In this document: positions 10,361-19,069 of the stretch, in pieces
How positions within the stretch are numbered: position 1 is the stretch's first letter
How the letters are laid out: every line of letters begins with the position of its first letter
Origin: Candidatus Hodarchaeota archaeon
Lineage (GTDB): Archaea; Asgardarchaeota; Heimdallarchaeia; Hodarchaeales; Hodarchaeaceae
Length of the DNA stretch: 64,000 bases
Assembly (NCBI GenBank): GCA_029856365.1
Contig: JAHQWW010000002.1
Location: 64,638-128,637, forward strand
Reading direction: 5' to 3'
Position numbers and translations under genes: made by a program
The notes under the pieces: model-generated
Told to the model about the DNA's origin: nothing
The model's input: only the letters and a program-made list of their open reading frames with translations
Databases searched by the model: none

Positions 10361-10924
10361 ATGTCAAAAAGAGTTTTGATTGCATATGCATCACGTTTTG
10401 GTAGTACAGAAGAGATTTCAATTAAATTTAAGCAAACTTTAGAAGAAAAAGGTTTCGTAATTGATTTAGTAAATTTAAAAGCCAGGAAAAAAGAAAAACT
10501 TGATATGACAGATTATTCAGGAGTATTAATTGGAAGTGGTATTAGAATAGCTAGATGGACAAAAGAAGCAAAAAAATTCTTGAAAAATAATACAAAAGCT
10601 ATAAACGACAATAAAATATTAGTTGGAATTTATTTAAGTTCTGGAGAGGCTGCTGATCCTTATAAGAGACCTACAATTATTGAAAAATATTTGATAGATG
10701 TCTTTAAAGAATTAGGTTTGAACCTAGGAGAAAATGTACTATATGATGCATTTGGAGGAGTATTTGATTTATCAAAGAATACCAATCTAAGTTGGATAAA
10801 TAAGAAAATGTTGAATATGGTGGGAGATGAAGATCCAAACATTGTTCGTAATGAAAGAAGAGATTATCGCGATTGGGATCAAATTAATAGGTTTATAGAC
10901 AACTTTATTAGGAAATTAGGCTAA
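10361..10924 (+). CDS. Flavodoxin-domain protein (HemG/flavodoxin_5-like)
   Basis: MSKRVLIAYASRFGSTEEISIKFKQTLEEKGFVIDLVNL is a classic flavodoxin beta1-loop-alpha1. The ATG at 10361 is preferred over the upstream GTG at 10307. Confidence 0.7.
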   Translation: MSKRVLIAYASRFGSTEEISIKFKQTLEEKGFVIDLVNLKARKKEKLDMTDYSGVLIGSGIRIARWTKEAKKFLKNNTKAINDNKILVGIYLSSGEAADPYKRPTIIEKYLIDVFKELGLNLGENVLYDAFGGVFDLSKNTNLSWINKKMLNMVGDEDPNIVRNERRDYRDWDQINRFIDNFIRKLG

Positions 10925-11079
10925 GATGAAGGTTTCAAAAGTGACTGTTTCAATTTTTGGAGCTATTCTTGGAATAGCTGGATTAGAACATGGTATAGGG
11001 GAAATACTTCAAGAGAAGGAGGCCCCTGGAAGTAGTTTTATTCAATCATGGCCTAATAATCAATTATATTAAACAACAA

Positions 11080-12195
11080 TCAACCTATACTTGTTTGTTT
11101 CATTTGTTTCTTTTTCTTCATTCTTTTAATGAATTGTATTGCTATAATGCAACCTATGAGTGAAAAGCCATTAGTACCTTTGTTATTCTCTGTGATCGTC
11201 ATTTGTATTATTTCTAATCCATCTAGTCCATCCGCAACAAAAGCTATGTTATCTTTTACATATAAATTAAAAGCCACTCCGCTATTATCTGAATAAGATG
11301 CTACTTTTTTTGGTTCTGCTGGATTGGATATATCTACAATTTCAATTCCAGCATCACTACAAGGTACATATAATAAATCCTCATCTACGAAACATTTGTG
11401 AGCAACAGTGGCTCCTTTATATTTTGAGATCAAAACAGGATTAATTGTATCACTTATATTAATTATATGTACTTCACCGGTATTTTGCTGATGATTGGTG
11501 GAAAAGACTAGATTTTGCAGGAGAACAGAATAAATTAAATCTACATTTATAGGAGAATAATCCCCTAATTTGGTAAGATTTTCTAGATCTCTTATTTCCA
11601 ACCCACCATGATCATGATTAATTGTGACTAAGAAATTCGTTGAGACTTCTAAACTAGGACAAGAATAGGGGATACTAGTGATTTTAACTGGATCAGAGAG
11701 ATTAGTAATATTAAGTCTGATTAAACCGTGATGAAGATCGCCAATAAAAGCAAAATCTCCAAAAAGCTTGACACTAGTAGTATACATATTTGTTATTTTG
11801 TACGACCCTATTTTAACAGGATTGGAGGGATTACTTACATTAATTATTTCCAAACCGTCTGAACAATCAGCAACGTAAGCTATATCATCTCGAACAACAA
11901 CTTCCTGAGCTAAGCCCCCATCAAAAAACCTACTCATTTTAAGAGGATTAGTTGGATCTGAAATATCAATAATAAATAATCCTCCAAGATTGGCTGTTAT
12001 ATCACATACGTAAGCATAATTATCAGAAATTGTAATGGCGAATGCTCCTCCACCTGTATCTATTTGGCTGATTTCTTCACAGGAGATACTATAATCATTT
12101 TTCGCCATTCCTGAAGTTACAAGTAAAATTATTGTTGTAATGACAATTAAAATCATTAGTGCCTTTTTCATTAATATTCCTCGAAAATATGCCAC
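11080..12195 (-). CDS. LVIVD-repeat beta-propeller surface protein with C-terminal anchor
   Basis: Repeated units such as DDIAYVADCSDGLEIINVSNPSNPVKIGSY, DLLYVPCSDAGIEIVDISNPAEPKKVASY and DNIAFVADGLDGLEIIQM. N-terminal signal/TM. The C-terminus is NGFSLIGCIIAIQFIKRMKKKKQ. Confidence 0.75.
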   Translation of the reverse strand: MAYFRGILMKKALMILIVITTIILLVTSGMAKNDYSISCEEISQIDTGGGAFAITISDNYAYVCDITANLGGLFIIDISDPTNPLKMSRFFDGGLAQEVVVRDDIAYVADCSDGLEIINVSNPSNPVKIGSYKITNMYTTSVKLFGDFAFIGDLHHGLIRLNITNLSDPVKITSIPYSCPSLEVSTNFLVTINHDHGGLEIRDLENLTKLGDYSPINVDLIYSVLLQNLVFSTNHQQNTGEVHIINISDTINPVLISKYKGATVAHKCFVDEDLLYVPCSDAGIEIVDISNPAEPKKVASYSDNSGVAFNLYVKDNIAFVADGLDGLEIIQMTITENNKGTNGFSLIGCIIAIQFIKRMKKKKQMKQTSIG

Positions 12196-12338
12196 TAAAA
12201 ATAAGGTTAAAAGAAAGGAAAATACGAGGGTATAAAAATAGGATATATTTGTGCAATAACCAACGGTATACGTACCAAAAGGTATGAGATAAAAGAATCT
12301 AATTCTTGAATTAACACGTAAAACAGATTAGTATAATA

Positions 12339-13031
12339 CTAATTTGTACTATGTTCTCTAACTGGATTTTTGAATCTTTCTCTAATTACTATAGTGTTAG
12401 CTACGATATCTAATGGTCTTTGAAAGTCAGTTTTCTGAACAATTCCGATAATAACTTCAAATAGAAGTATAAAAGCCTCTGTTTTAGTTAAATTCCGTAT
12501 AATTGCTTGAGACCAGGTTATTCGAACCCCTGATACATCACAAACAGTTAATCCTAGCAAAGCTTTACCTGGAGTTTTACTTGTTACCTTTTCAAAGAAA
12601 ATAAAATAGCCCACATTCCAAACTAGTATATATGGAACTAGAAAGAAAAACAATGTTACTAATGCGATTACTATCTGACTTCGTGATGATCCAATTGCAA
12701 AATAATTGGTAGTTAATACTGTTCTCAACCAAATAAAGACACCTGCCAAAATTCCAATCATTTGTATAAAAGTGTCAATCATGAAGGCCATGACTCGATC
12801 AGAATAACTAGATCGCTGTATGTGCCAATCCTGACCTGAACTTACGTCTTTCGCAACTTGATAGGGGTCACCAAAAGCTTGTACAGGATCTTTTTTCTCC
12901 GTGTCTTGAATGGCCTCTGTGATTTCCGCCTTTAATCTTTCCAAAACTAGTTCCTTTTTTGTACTAGGATAAGGAAGCCAATAATCAATTTTTTGCATAT
13001 AGGAATCTATGGATAAAAATTTGTCATTCAT
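12339..13031 (-). CDS. RDD-family membrane protein with DUF1700/HAAS-like helical N-domain
   Basis: The N-terminal YMQKIDYWLPYPSTKKELVLERLKAEITEAI resembles the PadR-associated sensor/anti-regulator helper domain. The C-terminal half has the RDD-type pattern (RVMAFMIDTFIQMIGILAGVFIW ... GLTVCDVSG). It overlaps padR by 8 nt. Confidence 0.6.
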   Translation of the reverse strand: MNDKFLSIDSYMQKIDYWLPYPSTKKELVLERLKAEITEAIQDTEKKDPVQAFGDPYQVAKDVSSGQDWHIQRSSYSDRVMAFMIDTFIQMIGILAGVFIWLRTVLTTNYFAIGSSRSQIVIALVTLFFFLVPYILVWNVGYFIFFEKVTSKTPGKALLGLTVCDVSGVRITWSQAIIRNLTKTEAFILLFEVIIGIVQKTDFQRPLDIVANTIVIRERFKNPVREHSTN

Positions 13032-13380
13032 CTTCTTTCATCCTCTTTATTTCATTACTAAAATTTGCTAGCATAATGTTAAGGAATTCAGTTAATGATT
13101 CCTGTAGTTCCGTTAGAAAGGACTGACCCTCTTTTGTAAGCCCGTACATGACTTTGCGTTCTTTCTCTTCTGTTACCCTAATCAATCCTTCATCTTTCAG
13201 TTCTTTAAGTATAGGATAAATGTTAGAAGACGCCATTGTTAACATTCCTTGGGTTCGCTTCGGAATCTGTTTTGTTAACTTGTAAGGATAGCTTTCTCCT
13301 TCATCAAGAAGTATCTGGAGGATAGTTGGCTTAGCAAATCCCTTACGATAGCCAGCTTCCCAACGATCGAGATTACTCAT
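13024..13380 (-). CDS. PadR-family transcriptional regulator
   Basis: PTILQILLDEGESYPYKLTKQI...SSNIYPILKELKDEGLIRVTEEKERKVMYGLTKEGQSFL is the canonical PadR winged HTH. Confidence 0.8.
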   Translation of the reverse strand: MSNLDRWEAGYRKGFAKPTILQILLDEGESYPYKLTKQIPKRTQGMLTMASSNIYPILKELKDEGLIRVTEEKERKVMYGLTKEGQSFLTELQESLTEFLNIMLANFSNEIKRMKEDE

Positions 13381-13803
13381 AGTGAATCCTCAATTATTTT
13401 AACAATCTATAAAACTATCTATAATACAATAATTTTCAATATAAATACCTTTCCTTAGGGGAAATTAACACTTAAAAATGATCAATGAATTCAAACCTTT
13501 CTTTTAATTAAAACAATATCAATGGATACAGTAATCAACTCATTTCTGATCTATATTCAACTTGAATATCAGTAAAATAGTTTTTCTAAGTTATTCAAGT
13601 ACATAAAACCTCTACAAATCTACCAAACCCTTTATTAGCCTCCCAAATTGATCAAATAATTAAATATCTCCATTTTTTCACCTTAGTTCTGAAGAGATAC
13701 TTAGCTGAGGTACAAGGAAAAGGAATCTTCTTGTAGTTTTATAAACTATTTTCCTATTCTGAATCAGCCCTTAATGCTTTGATCTGAAAAAGACTCTGAT
13801 GTT

Positions 13804-14328
13804 TTAATATGTTTTATTATTAATGACTGTTCCTATTAGCGACGCCAATTTATGAAAAGCATTCTCCACATTTTCACCAGTCAGAGCTGAAGTAATAAAG
13901 TGTTCTCCAACATTAGCGTGATGTTTTAAAAAATCCTTTATATCTTGACGTGAGACCGCCACCGATTCTCTTAAATCTACTTTATTTCCGATTAGAACTA
14001 ACGGAATTTCCCCTGCTATGTTTTGGATATCCTCTATCCATGATGCTTGAAGATTGTCTAGACTTTTAGGTAACGTTAGGTCGAATACTAAGAAGGCCCC
14101 TCTTGTACCGTTGAAAAATCTTTGTCGAAATTTACGAAACGATGTCTGGCCTGCGACATCCCAGATTTGTAACATAACTTCATAATTGTCAACAAATAAT
14201 TGCTTTGTATATATTTTAACACCTATTGTTGCTTTGTAATCACCAGTAAAATATCCAGTAACAAAACGATTGATTAATGAGGTCTTGCCAACCCCTTCAT
14301 CTCCCGCTAATACGATTTTATAGTTCAT
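13804..14328 (-). CDS. Ras-superfamily (Rab/Ras-like) small GTPase
   Basis: G1 GDEGVGKT, switch I YKATIGV, G3 WDVAGQ, G4 GNKVDL, G5 TSALTG. 174 aa. There is no C-terminal Cys (it ends ...VINNKTY). Confidence 0.85.
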   Translation of the reverse strand: MNYKIVLAGDEGVGKTSLINRFVTGYFTGDYKATIGVKIYTKQLFVDNYEVMLQIWDVAGQTSFRKFRQRFFNGTRGAFLVFDLTLPKSLDNLQASWIEDIQNIAGEIPLVLIGNKVDLRESVAVSRQDIKDFLKHHANVGEHFITSALTGENVENAFHKLASLIGTVINNKTY

Positions 14329-14738
14329 TATGATCCCCTTACATTCATTTAACGATTCTCAGAGCGTCTAATCTTCTCATCATCATCTCACAACGGAATT
14401 TTATTTTGTTAAATTGCTTTTCCTCTGTTTACAATGCAATTACAAATATCAAAAAGAATAGTCATTACAACGTATCCTATAAAATATGAAGAGAGGATAA
14501 CCAAAATTTAGATAAAATAGGTAACAAAATATTGGAAGATTTAATTAACAGCAGCACAGATCAAAAACCTAATCAAATTAACCGAGTTCCACTAGGAATG
14601 ATACTCAAATACCTCTAGTTCAGGAATTCGTTTAAAGTGATCCACCCCCCCTTGGAAGCATAAGAATAATTATGAGCATAAGGAAGAGGTCCCCCGTTCA
14701 AAATTGTGATTAGTATATGTAAATATCCATATATTTAG

Positions 14739-16364
14739 GTGTATCTCTTAGATATAAAAGTGGTAAGTGTAAATATGGTAGATTTAACAGAGTTCCATAT
14801 GAAAATCCGGCATGTTAAAGAAACTATACCCCAGATAATAGATTACAAGACTCTTCACAGAGCAGGTAAGGTATCAGTTAAAAAAGCAATGGATTTTCTT
14901 AATATCTCAAAAACTGACTCCATCACATTATCGACTGACGACGAAATTTTAATCTCATCAAAATCTGATGGAATACGACTTCCAATATTACCTAGATACA
15001 GGGTACAAATACCTGAATATGTGTTACAAAAACTTGGTATTTCTGGAAAAACAACAATCTGTTTTATTAAAAGATCTAATGCTGTTGCCATTAAAAGATT
15101 TGATATTAAGAAAATAGAATCAGAATATCCTCGCATCATTGATATTGAAACATCTTACGTTGTTACAAGACAGGTAGAAACATTTGGAGATCCAGTGAAC
15201 ATATATGAGAAATTAAAAACAGAAAAAGCACTCCTAAACATTAAAATCAATCCTAATGATTATTGGAAAGAGAAATATACTTTCAATGGGTGGAAAGCAA
15301 GACAAATTTTGGATATTGAAAATGATAATGATAAAGTTCTACAATTAGAGTTAATACAACAAAGATTAAGTTCACAATCTGAAAACGGATCATGGGAAAA
15401 CAAACTACCTCTTACAGCTAAAGTTTTAATCGAGTTGAATGAATTGGGATTGACTAGCGATCATCCTCAAGTAAAAAAAGCTATTTCTTGGTTATTGGAA
15501 CAACCACAATCACCGCATAATCCTGGGATGTTTCTTTTATCAAAGGATTTAGTTCAAAAACAAATCGAAATTGTAGATCAAAGATTAAAGCAGACCAGTG
15601 GTCAACGTCCAAGATTTCGTAATAGAGTTAAGGCTGAAATAAATCAAATCAATGAAGCCGATGAGCTTTATTTTAATCCCTGTGGTTCAAGAATCATGTG
15701 GGTTAATGGGATGGTGATGGAAGCTTTATTACTTCATGGTTACGAGTCTCATAAGCGATTACAGAGCGCACTAGACACACTTGCTTTTGGAGATTGGTGT
15801 GAATGTCATTATCAACATGGTAAAAGTGCATGGAAAAGAAAACAATCACTATCACTTCCTGAAATTGAAGATTATTATAACCAAACCTTGATTGAATTTA
15901 AACAGGGGGGAATAGCAGACATAAATTTACTAAGTTCCCTACCCTCTCAAACTTTTATGCTACGTTTGGAAGAAAAAATACTCGAAAAGCATACAGAATA
16001 TTTGTTACGAATGCCTATGCCACAACAAGGTTGTGAATACATTACAGTTAATGCCTTGTCTCAAGTGACCAATGACCGTATAAACCGGTTAGTCGAAGCA
16101 CATTTATGGCGGTTTGCTGCACTACTGTATAACGCCTTACAACAACCAATTATGTCTATCGAGGGAGCTAAATATAGTTTGACGATATATTTTCAGTTAA
16201 GGGTTTTAGCAAAATATGATTCATTAGCTGCGAAACTAGGTATATTATTTGCTTTACCATGGATCATTAACAATCAAAATAGAGATGGAACTTGGGGAAC
16301 AGAGAATTATCGAGAAAGTGCTACATTAGCAATAATAGAAGCGTTGAAAAGAATAGATTTCTAG
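14739..16364 (+). CDS. Fusion protein: tandem AbrB/SpoVT-like swapped-hairpin N-domain + prenyltransferase/terpene-cyclase-like alpha/alpha-toroid repeats
   Basis: N-terminal GKVSVKKAMDFLNISKTDSITLSTDDEILI and YRVQIPEYVLQKLGISGKTTICFIKRSNAVAIK are AbrB-like half barrels. The C-terminal part carries repeats of the prenyltransferase/squalene-oxidase type (SENGSWENKLPLTAKVLIELNELG...AISWLL; NRDGTWGTENYRESATLAIIEALKRI). The true start is uncertain (GTG/ATG options 14739-14790). Confidence 0.5.
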   Translation: MYLLDIKVVSVNMVDLTEFHMKIRHVKETIPQIIDYKTLHRAGKVSVKKAMDFLNISKTDSITLSTDDEILISSKSDGIRLPILPRYRVQIPEYVLQKLGISGKTTICFIKRSNAVAIKRFDIKKIESEYPRIIDIETSYVVTRQVETFGDPVNIYEKLKTEKALLNIKINPNDYWKEKYTFNGWKARQILDIENDNDKVLQLELIQQRLSSQSENGSWENKLPLTAKVLIELNELGLTSDHPQVKKAISWLLEQPQSPHNPGMFLLSKDLVQKQIEIVDQRLKQTSGQRPRFRNRVKAEINQINEADELYFNPCGSRIMWVNGMVMEALLLHGYESHKRLQSALDTLAFGDWCECHYQHGKSAWKRKQSLSLPEIEDYYNQTLIEFKQGGIADINLLSSLPSQTFMLRLEEKILEKHTEYLLRMPMPQQGCEYITVNALSQVTNDRINRLVEAHLWRFAALLYNALQQPIMSIEGAKYSLTIYFQLRVLAKYDSLAAKLGILFALPWIINNQNRDGTWGTENYRESATLAIIEALKRIDF

Positions 16365-16388
16365 ATCAAAAAAATAGAAGAAAATAAA

Positions 16389-16422
16389 GAAATTCTGTGG
16401 AAAACTCACTCTTCACGAGAGC
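16389..16422. repeat. 34-nt conserved intergenic motif, copy A
   Basis: gaaattctgtggaaaactcactcttcacgagagc matches 30017-30050 at 29/34 positions. It contains a small CTCT/AGAG hairpin. Confidence 0.5.
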
Positions 16423-16703
16423 TATAAGAAAATCCCACGTGAAAGGCAGAATAACGATGATTTAATTAATTAAATTAATATTAATTCTGATTTTAACCTA
16501 TTATATGGATAATAGAGCAGATAAGAAATTTCTTTTTCAGAATTTATGATAGTCGTTCAATGTTAACTAAACGGTGTTTAGAGCCTGAACATTGATAGAA
16601 AAAACTGTTCAGGTTCTGTACACTCTTGTTTAGAGCATAGTTTTATAAAGAGAGAGAATCTTTTATTATTCGCAATAAAATTCGTAAAAATAAGGTAATC
16701 AAA

Positions 16704-17228
16704 ATGAATATTGTATTGAATTCATTTTTAAAATCTATAGTTGCTATTGCTGTCGTGATAGCAGCTTCTATTGGATCAACATATATAATAGATCCTTTTG
16801 CGGTCTTTATACCTCAGCATCAGTTTGAATTTCAACTATCTGATGTCACAAACGATGTAAATATTAGTTACATAGACATTATAGAATATGGTTCTTATAA
16901 GCAGGACAAGAAAGTTGTTTTATACATTGAAGTCGCTACCCAAATTAATCTCACCACAACATATCAGTTATTTATTGTTGCTAAAACCCCGAACAATGAT
17001 GTTTCTCATATATATAATAATGAAGTGAATGGTGGTACTGAAAAGAATTATCAATCAGAAGTAGCTATCAATGGTAGTCGACTAGAAGTATCATTCTCAA
17101 TGGATCGTTTTATCTCGAATTCTTATATGGTTGGTATTGAAGTTCGAGCATTAGCCTTTGCTTCTAAAGATACAACTCCTTCTGCGAGAGATAATCCCTT
17201 AAAAACGAGCTTTTTAGGATTATTTTAA
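16704..17228 (+). CDS. Hypothetical N-terminally anchored extracellular protein
   Basis: N-terminal TM (IVAIAVVIAASIGSTYII) followed by a beta-rich soluble part. The stop overlaps the next ORF start (TAATG). Confidence 0.45.
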   Translation: MNIVLNSFLKSIVAIAVVIAASIGSTYIIDPFAVFIPQHQFEFQLSDVTNDVNISYIDIIEYGSYKQDKKVVLYIEVATQINLTTTYQLFIVAKTPNNDVSHIYNNEVNGGTEKNYQSEVAINGSRLEVSFSMDRFISNSYMVGIEVRALAFASKDTTPSARDNPLKTSFLGLF

Positions 17229-17731
17229 TGCATTTATTCCTACTACAGAGGTTTATGGAAATGAAACAAATAGCAGAGAACGAAACGAAACTGGAGGAAA
17301 TCTTTGCTAATAATCATATAACCTCCATTTTCTTATATCTTAAGACTGAAAATAAACCTTTAGGAGTCAGAGAAATTCAATGAAATCTTAATATAAGTAG
17401 TGTGGGTAGTACACATTGGCATTTACAAAAATTACTTGAAAATAATGCTATTGAACAAGTTGAAGGAAATAAATACCAGCTAACAGAAAAATATGAAAAA
17501 ATTAGAAGTATCCCTTTAAGAGTTGTAATGAATCATTATTTAGTGGGAAATAAACTTGTCCCAAATGTATTTTTCTTAATGTTTTTTCTTATTAATGTCA
17601 TTATTCTAGCTGTACTTATCATGATCCTTAATTTGTGGATTTTAGGGTTTTTCACGGTTTTCTCCAGCACTATAGTTAGTTTGATTGTAGTTTATCGCTT
17701 CTATCAACATATTTCAAAAGGTAATTTATGA
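17228..17731 (+). pseudogene. Winged-HTH + 2-TM membrane regulator interrupted by an in-frame TGA (17381-17383)
   Basis: Same frame upstream and downstream of the TGA: ...FLYLKTENKPLGVREIQ[TGA]NLNISSVGSTHWHLQKLLENNAIEQVEGNKYQLT. This is a contiguous ArsR/TrmB-like wHTH followed by two TM helices. The ORF-track piece 17402-17731 is only the distal part. Confidence 0.5.
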
Positions 17732-17792
17732 ACAGTACCTTTCTAGCATAACTACTAGTTTCATGATTGACATAACTGGTACTAAAGTAAAT

Positions 17793-18695
17793 TCAGAAGT
17801 TTTTAGGGGCCATTTCTAACCATTTTTTTAATTCCTCTGGTTGATATTCCAATAATTTGGATAAAAATCTATTAGTTTTTAGATGTGAGTCAGGAGAAAT
17901 ATTCAATTTCTCCAATGGAGTTTTAAACTTTTTTTTAATAATTTTATAGAAGTACCTTTCTTGGACGATCATTTGGTCTCTAATACTTACCATAATTTGG
18001 TTACTTATCTTATGGGCTGTCGAATAAAAAGATGGATCTGAATCACTCCATCCTCCTTTCCGATAGTATCTAGTGAAAAAAAGAGGTTTACAAAAGGAGA
18101 TTGAAATAAATGATTTGAATTTTGGGACAATTTTCCCTTGATTAAGTGCTTCATGAGAGCCATGAATGTACATTGGCACCACAGGAATCTTCCCATTGAA
18201 TCTTAATATTAGTCGTCCGACTCCCGATTTTGCCTGCCGAGTCAGATGATGATAATCATATAATGGGTTACTAGGAATTCTTTTACCTTGTGGGGCGATG
18301 AGGACAGCAAAATTTTCTTTTAGTAGCCTTACGGCATAATCGAGAGCAGGTTCTGGATTTTGTGGATAGACTGGAAAAGCTCCAAGATATTTAAGTAAAC
18401 CAAAGAATTTTTGTTCCATTGCTTTTCCACTTGCCATTAAACCACATGAAGTTCGATTTCCAAAGGGATAAACTAATGCACTTGCAAAAATAAAGGTATC
18501 TAAATGGGATCTGTGATTGAAGCAATAGAGAACTGCGGTTCCTTCAGGAAATCTATTCGAATTTTCAATGCCATTGATTTCAAATCGAAAATATAGTCGC
18601 ATAAATCGTGGCAGGATTAACTTAACAAATTGATAGAATGACTTGTGTAGAAGTGACCACGATTGTGGGGTAGTTTTTGGAGGAAAAAGAACCAT
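17793..18695 (-). CDS. PlsC/LPLAT-family acyltransferase (1-acyl-sn-glycerol-3-phosphate acyltransferase-like)
   Basis: HX4D catalytic block CFNHRSHLDTFIF, a second block VLIAPQGKRIP (FPEGTR-like), and a typical length (300 aa). Confidence 0.7.
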   Translation of the reverse strand: MVLFPPKTTPQSWSLLHKSFYQFVKLILPRFMRLYFRFEINGIENSNRFPEGTAVLYCFNHRSHLDTFIFASALVYPFGNRTSCGLMASGKAMEQKFFGLLKYLGAFPVYPQNPEPALDYAVRLLKENFAVLIAPQGKRIPSNPLYDYHHLTRQAKSGVGRLILRFNGKIPVVPMYIHGSHEALNQGKIVPKFKSFISISFCKPLFFTRYYRKGGWSDSDPSFYSTAHKISNQIMVSIRDQMIVQERYFYKIIKKKFKTPLEKLNISPDSHLKTNRFLSKLLEYQPEELKKWLEMAPKNF

Positions 18696-19069
18696 AATTA
18701 GACCCTTATTTAATAAAAGCAGTTTCTAAGATGACGATTATGCTAACGAGATTGCAATTTCAAAAAGCTACTGAAATGAAAGACCAATTCACTTATAATA
18801 ATTCATTCACCATGTTTCTGCTTTGGAGCTAAAAACACACTTAAATTAGTCTATAATTCGAGTTAATATATCAGCCTTATGTTTAACGAATATACCTGTA
18901 AAAAGAATATATTTTGTCAATTTTCACTGATTTTTTATAAAATAGGTATAAAAACATTGGAAAATTCCAGTAATAAAATTAAATATCAAAAAGAAATTTA
19001 ATTTCACAATTAATATAAATAAAAGACTTTCAAATTGGAGTTAGGTAGATATTTGAGAAGAGGATATAA

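Noticed and set aside
10926-11072. 48-codon ORF (MKVSKVTVSIFGAILGIAGLEHGIGEILQEKEAPGSSFIQSWPNNQLY) directly after the flavodoxin-like gene
   Set aside because: It looks like the N-terminal TM + GLEHG.GEILQ start of a larger membrane-protein family, but stops after 48 aa just before the convergent LVIVD gene. It is probably a 5' fragment and too short to annotate with confidence.
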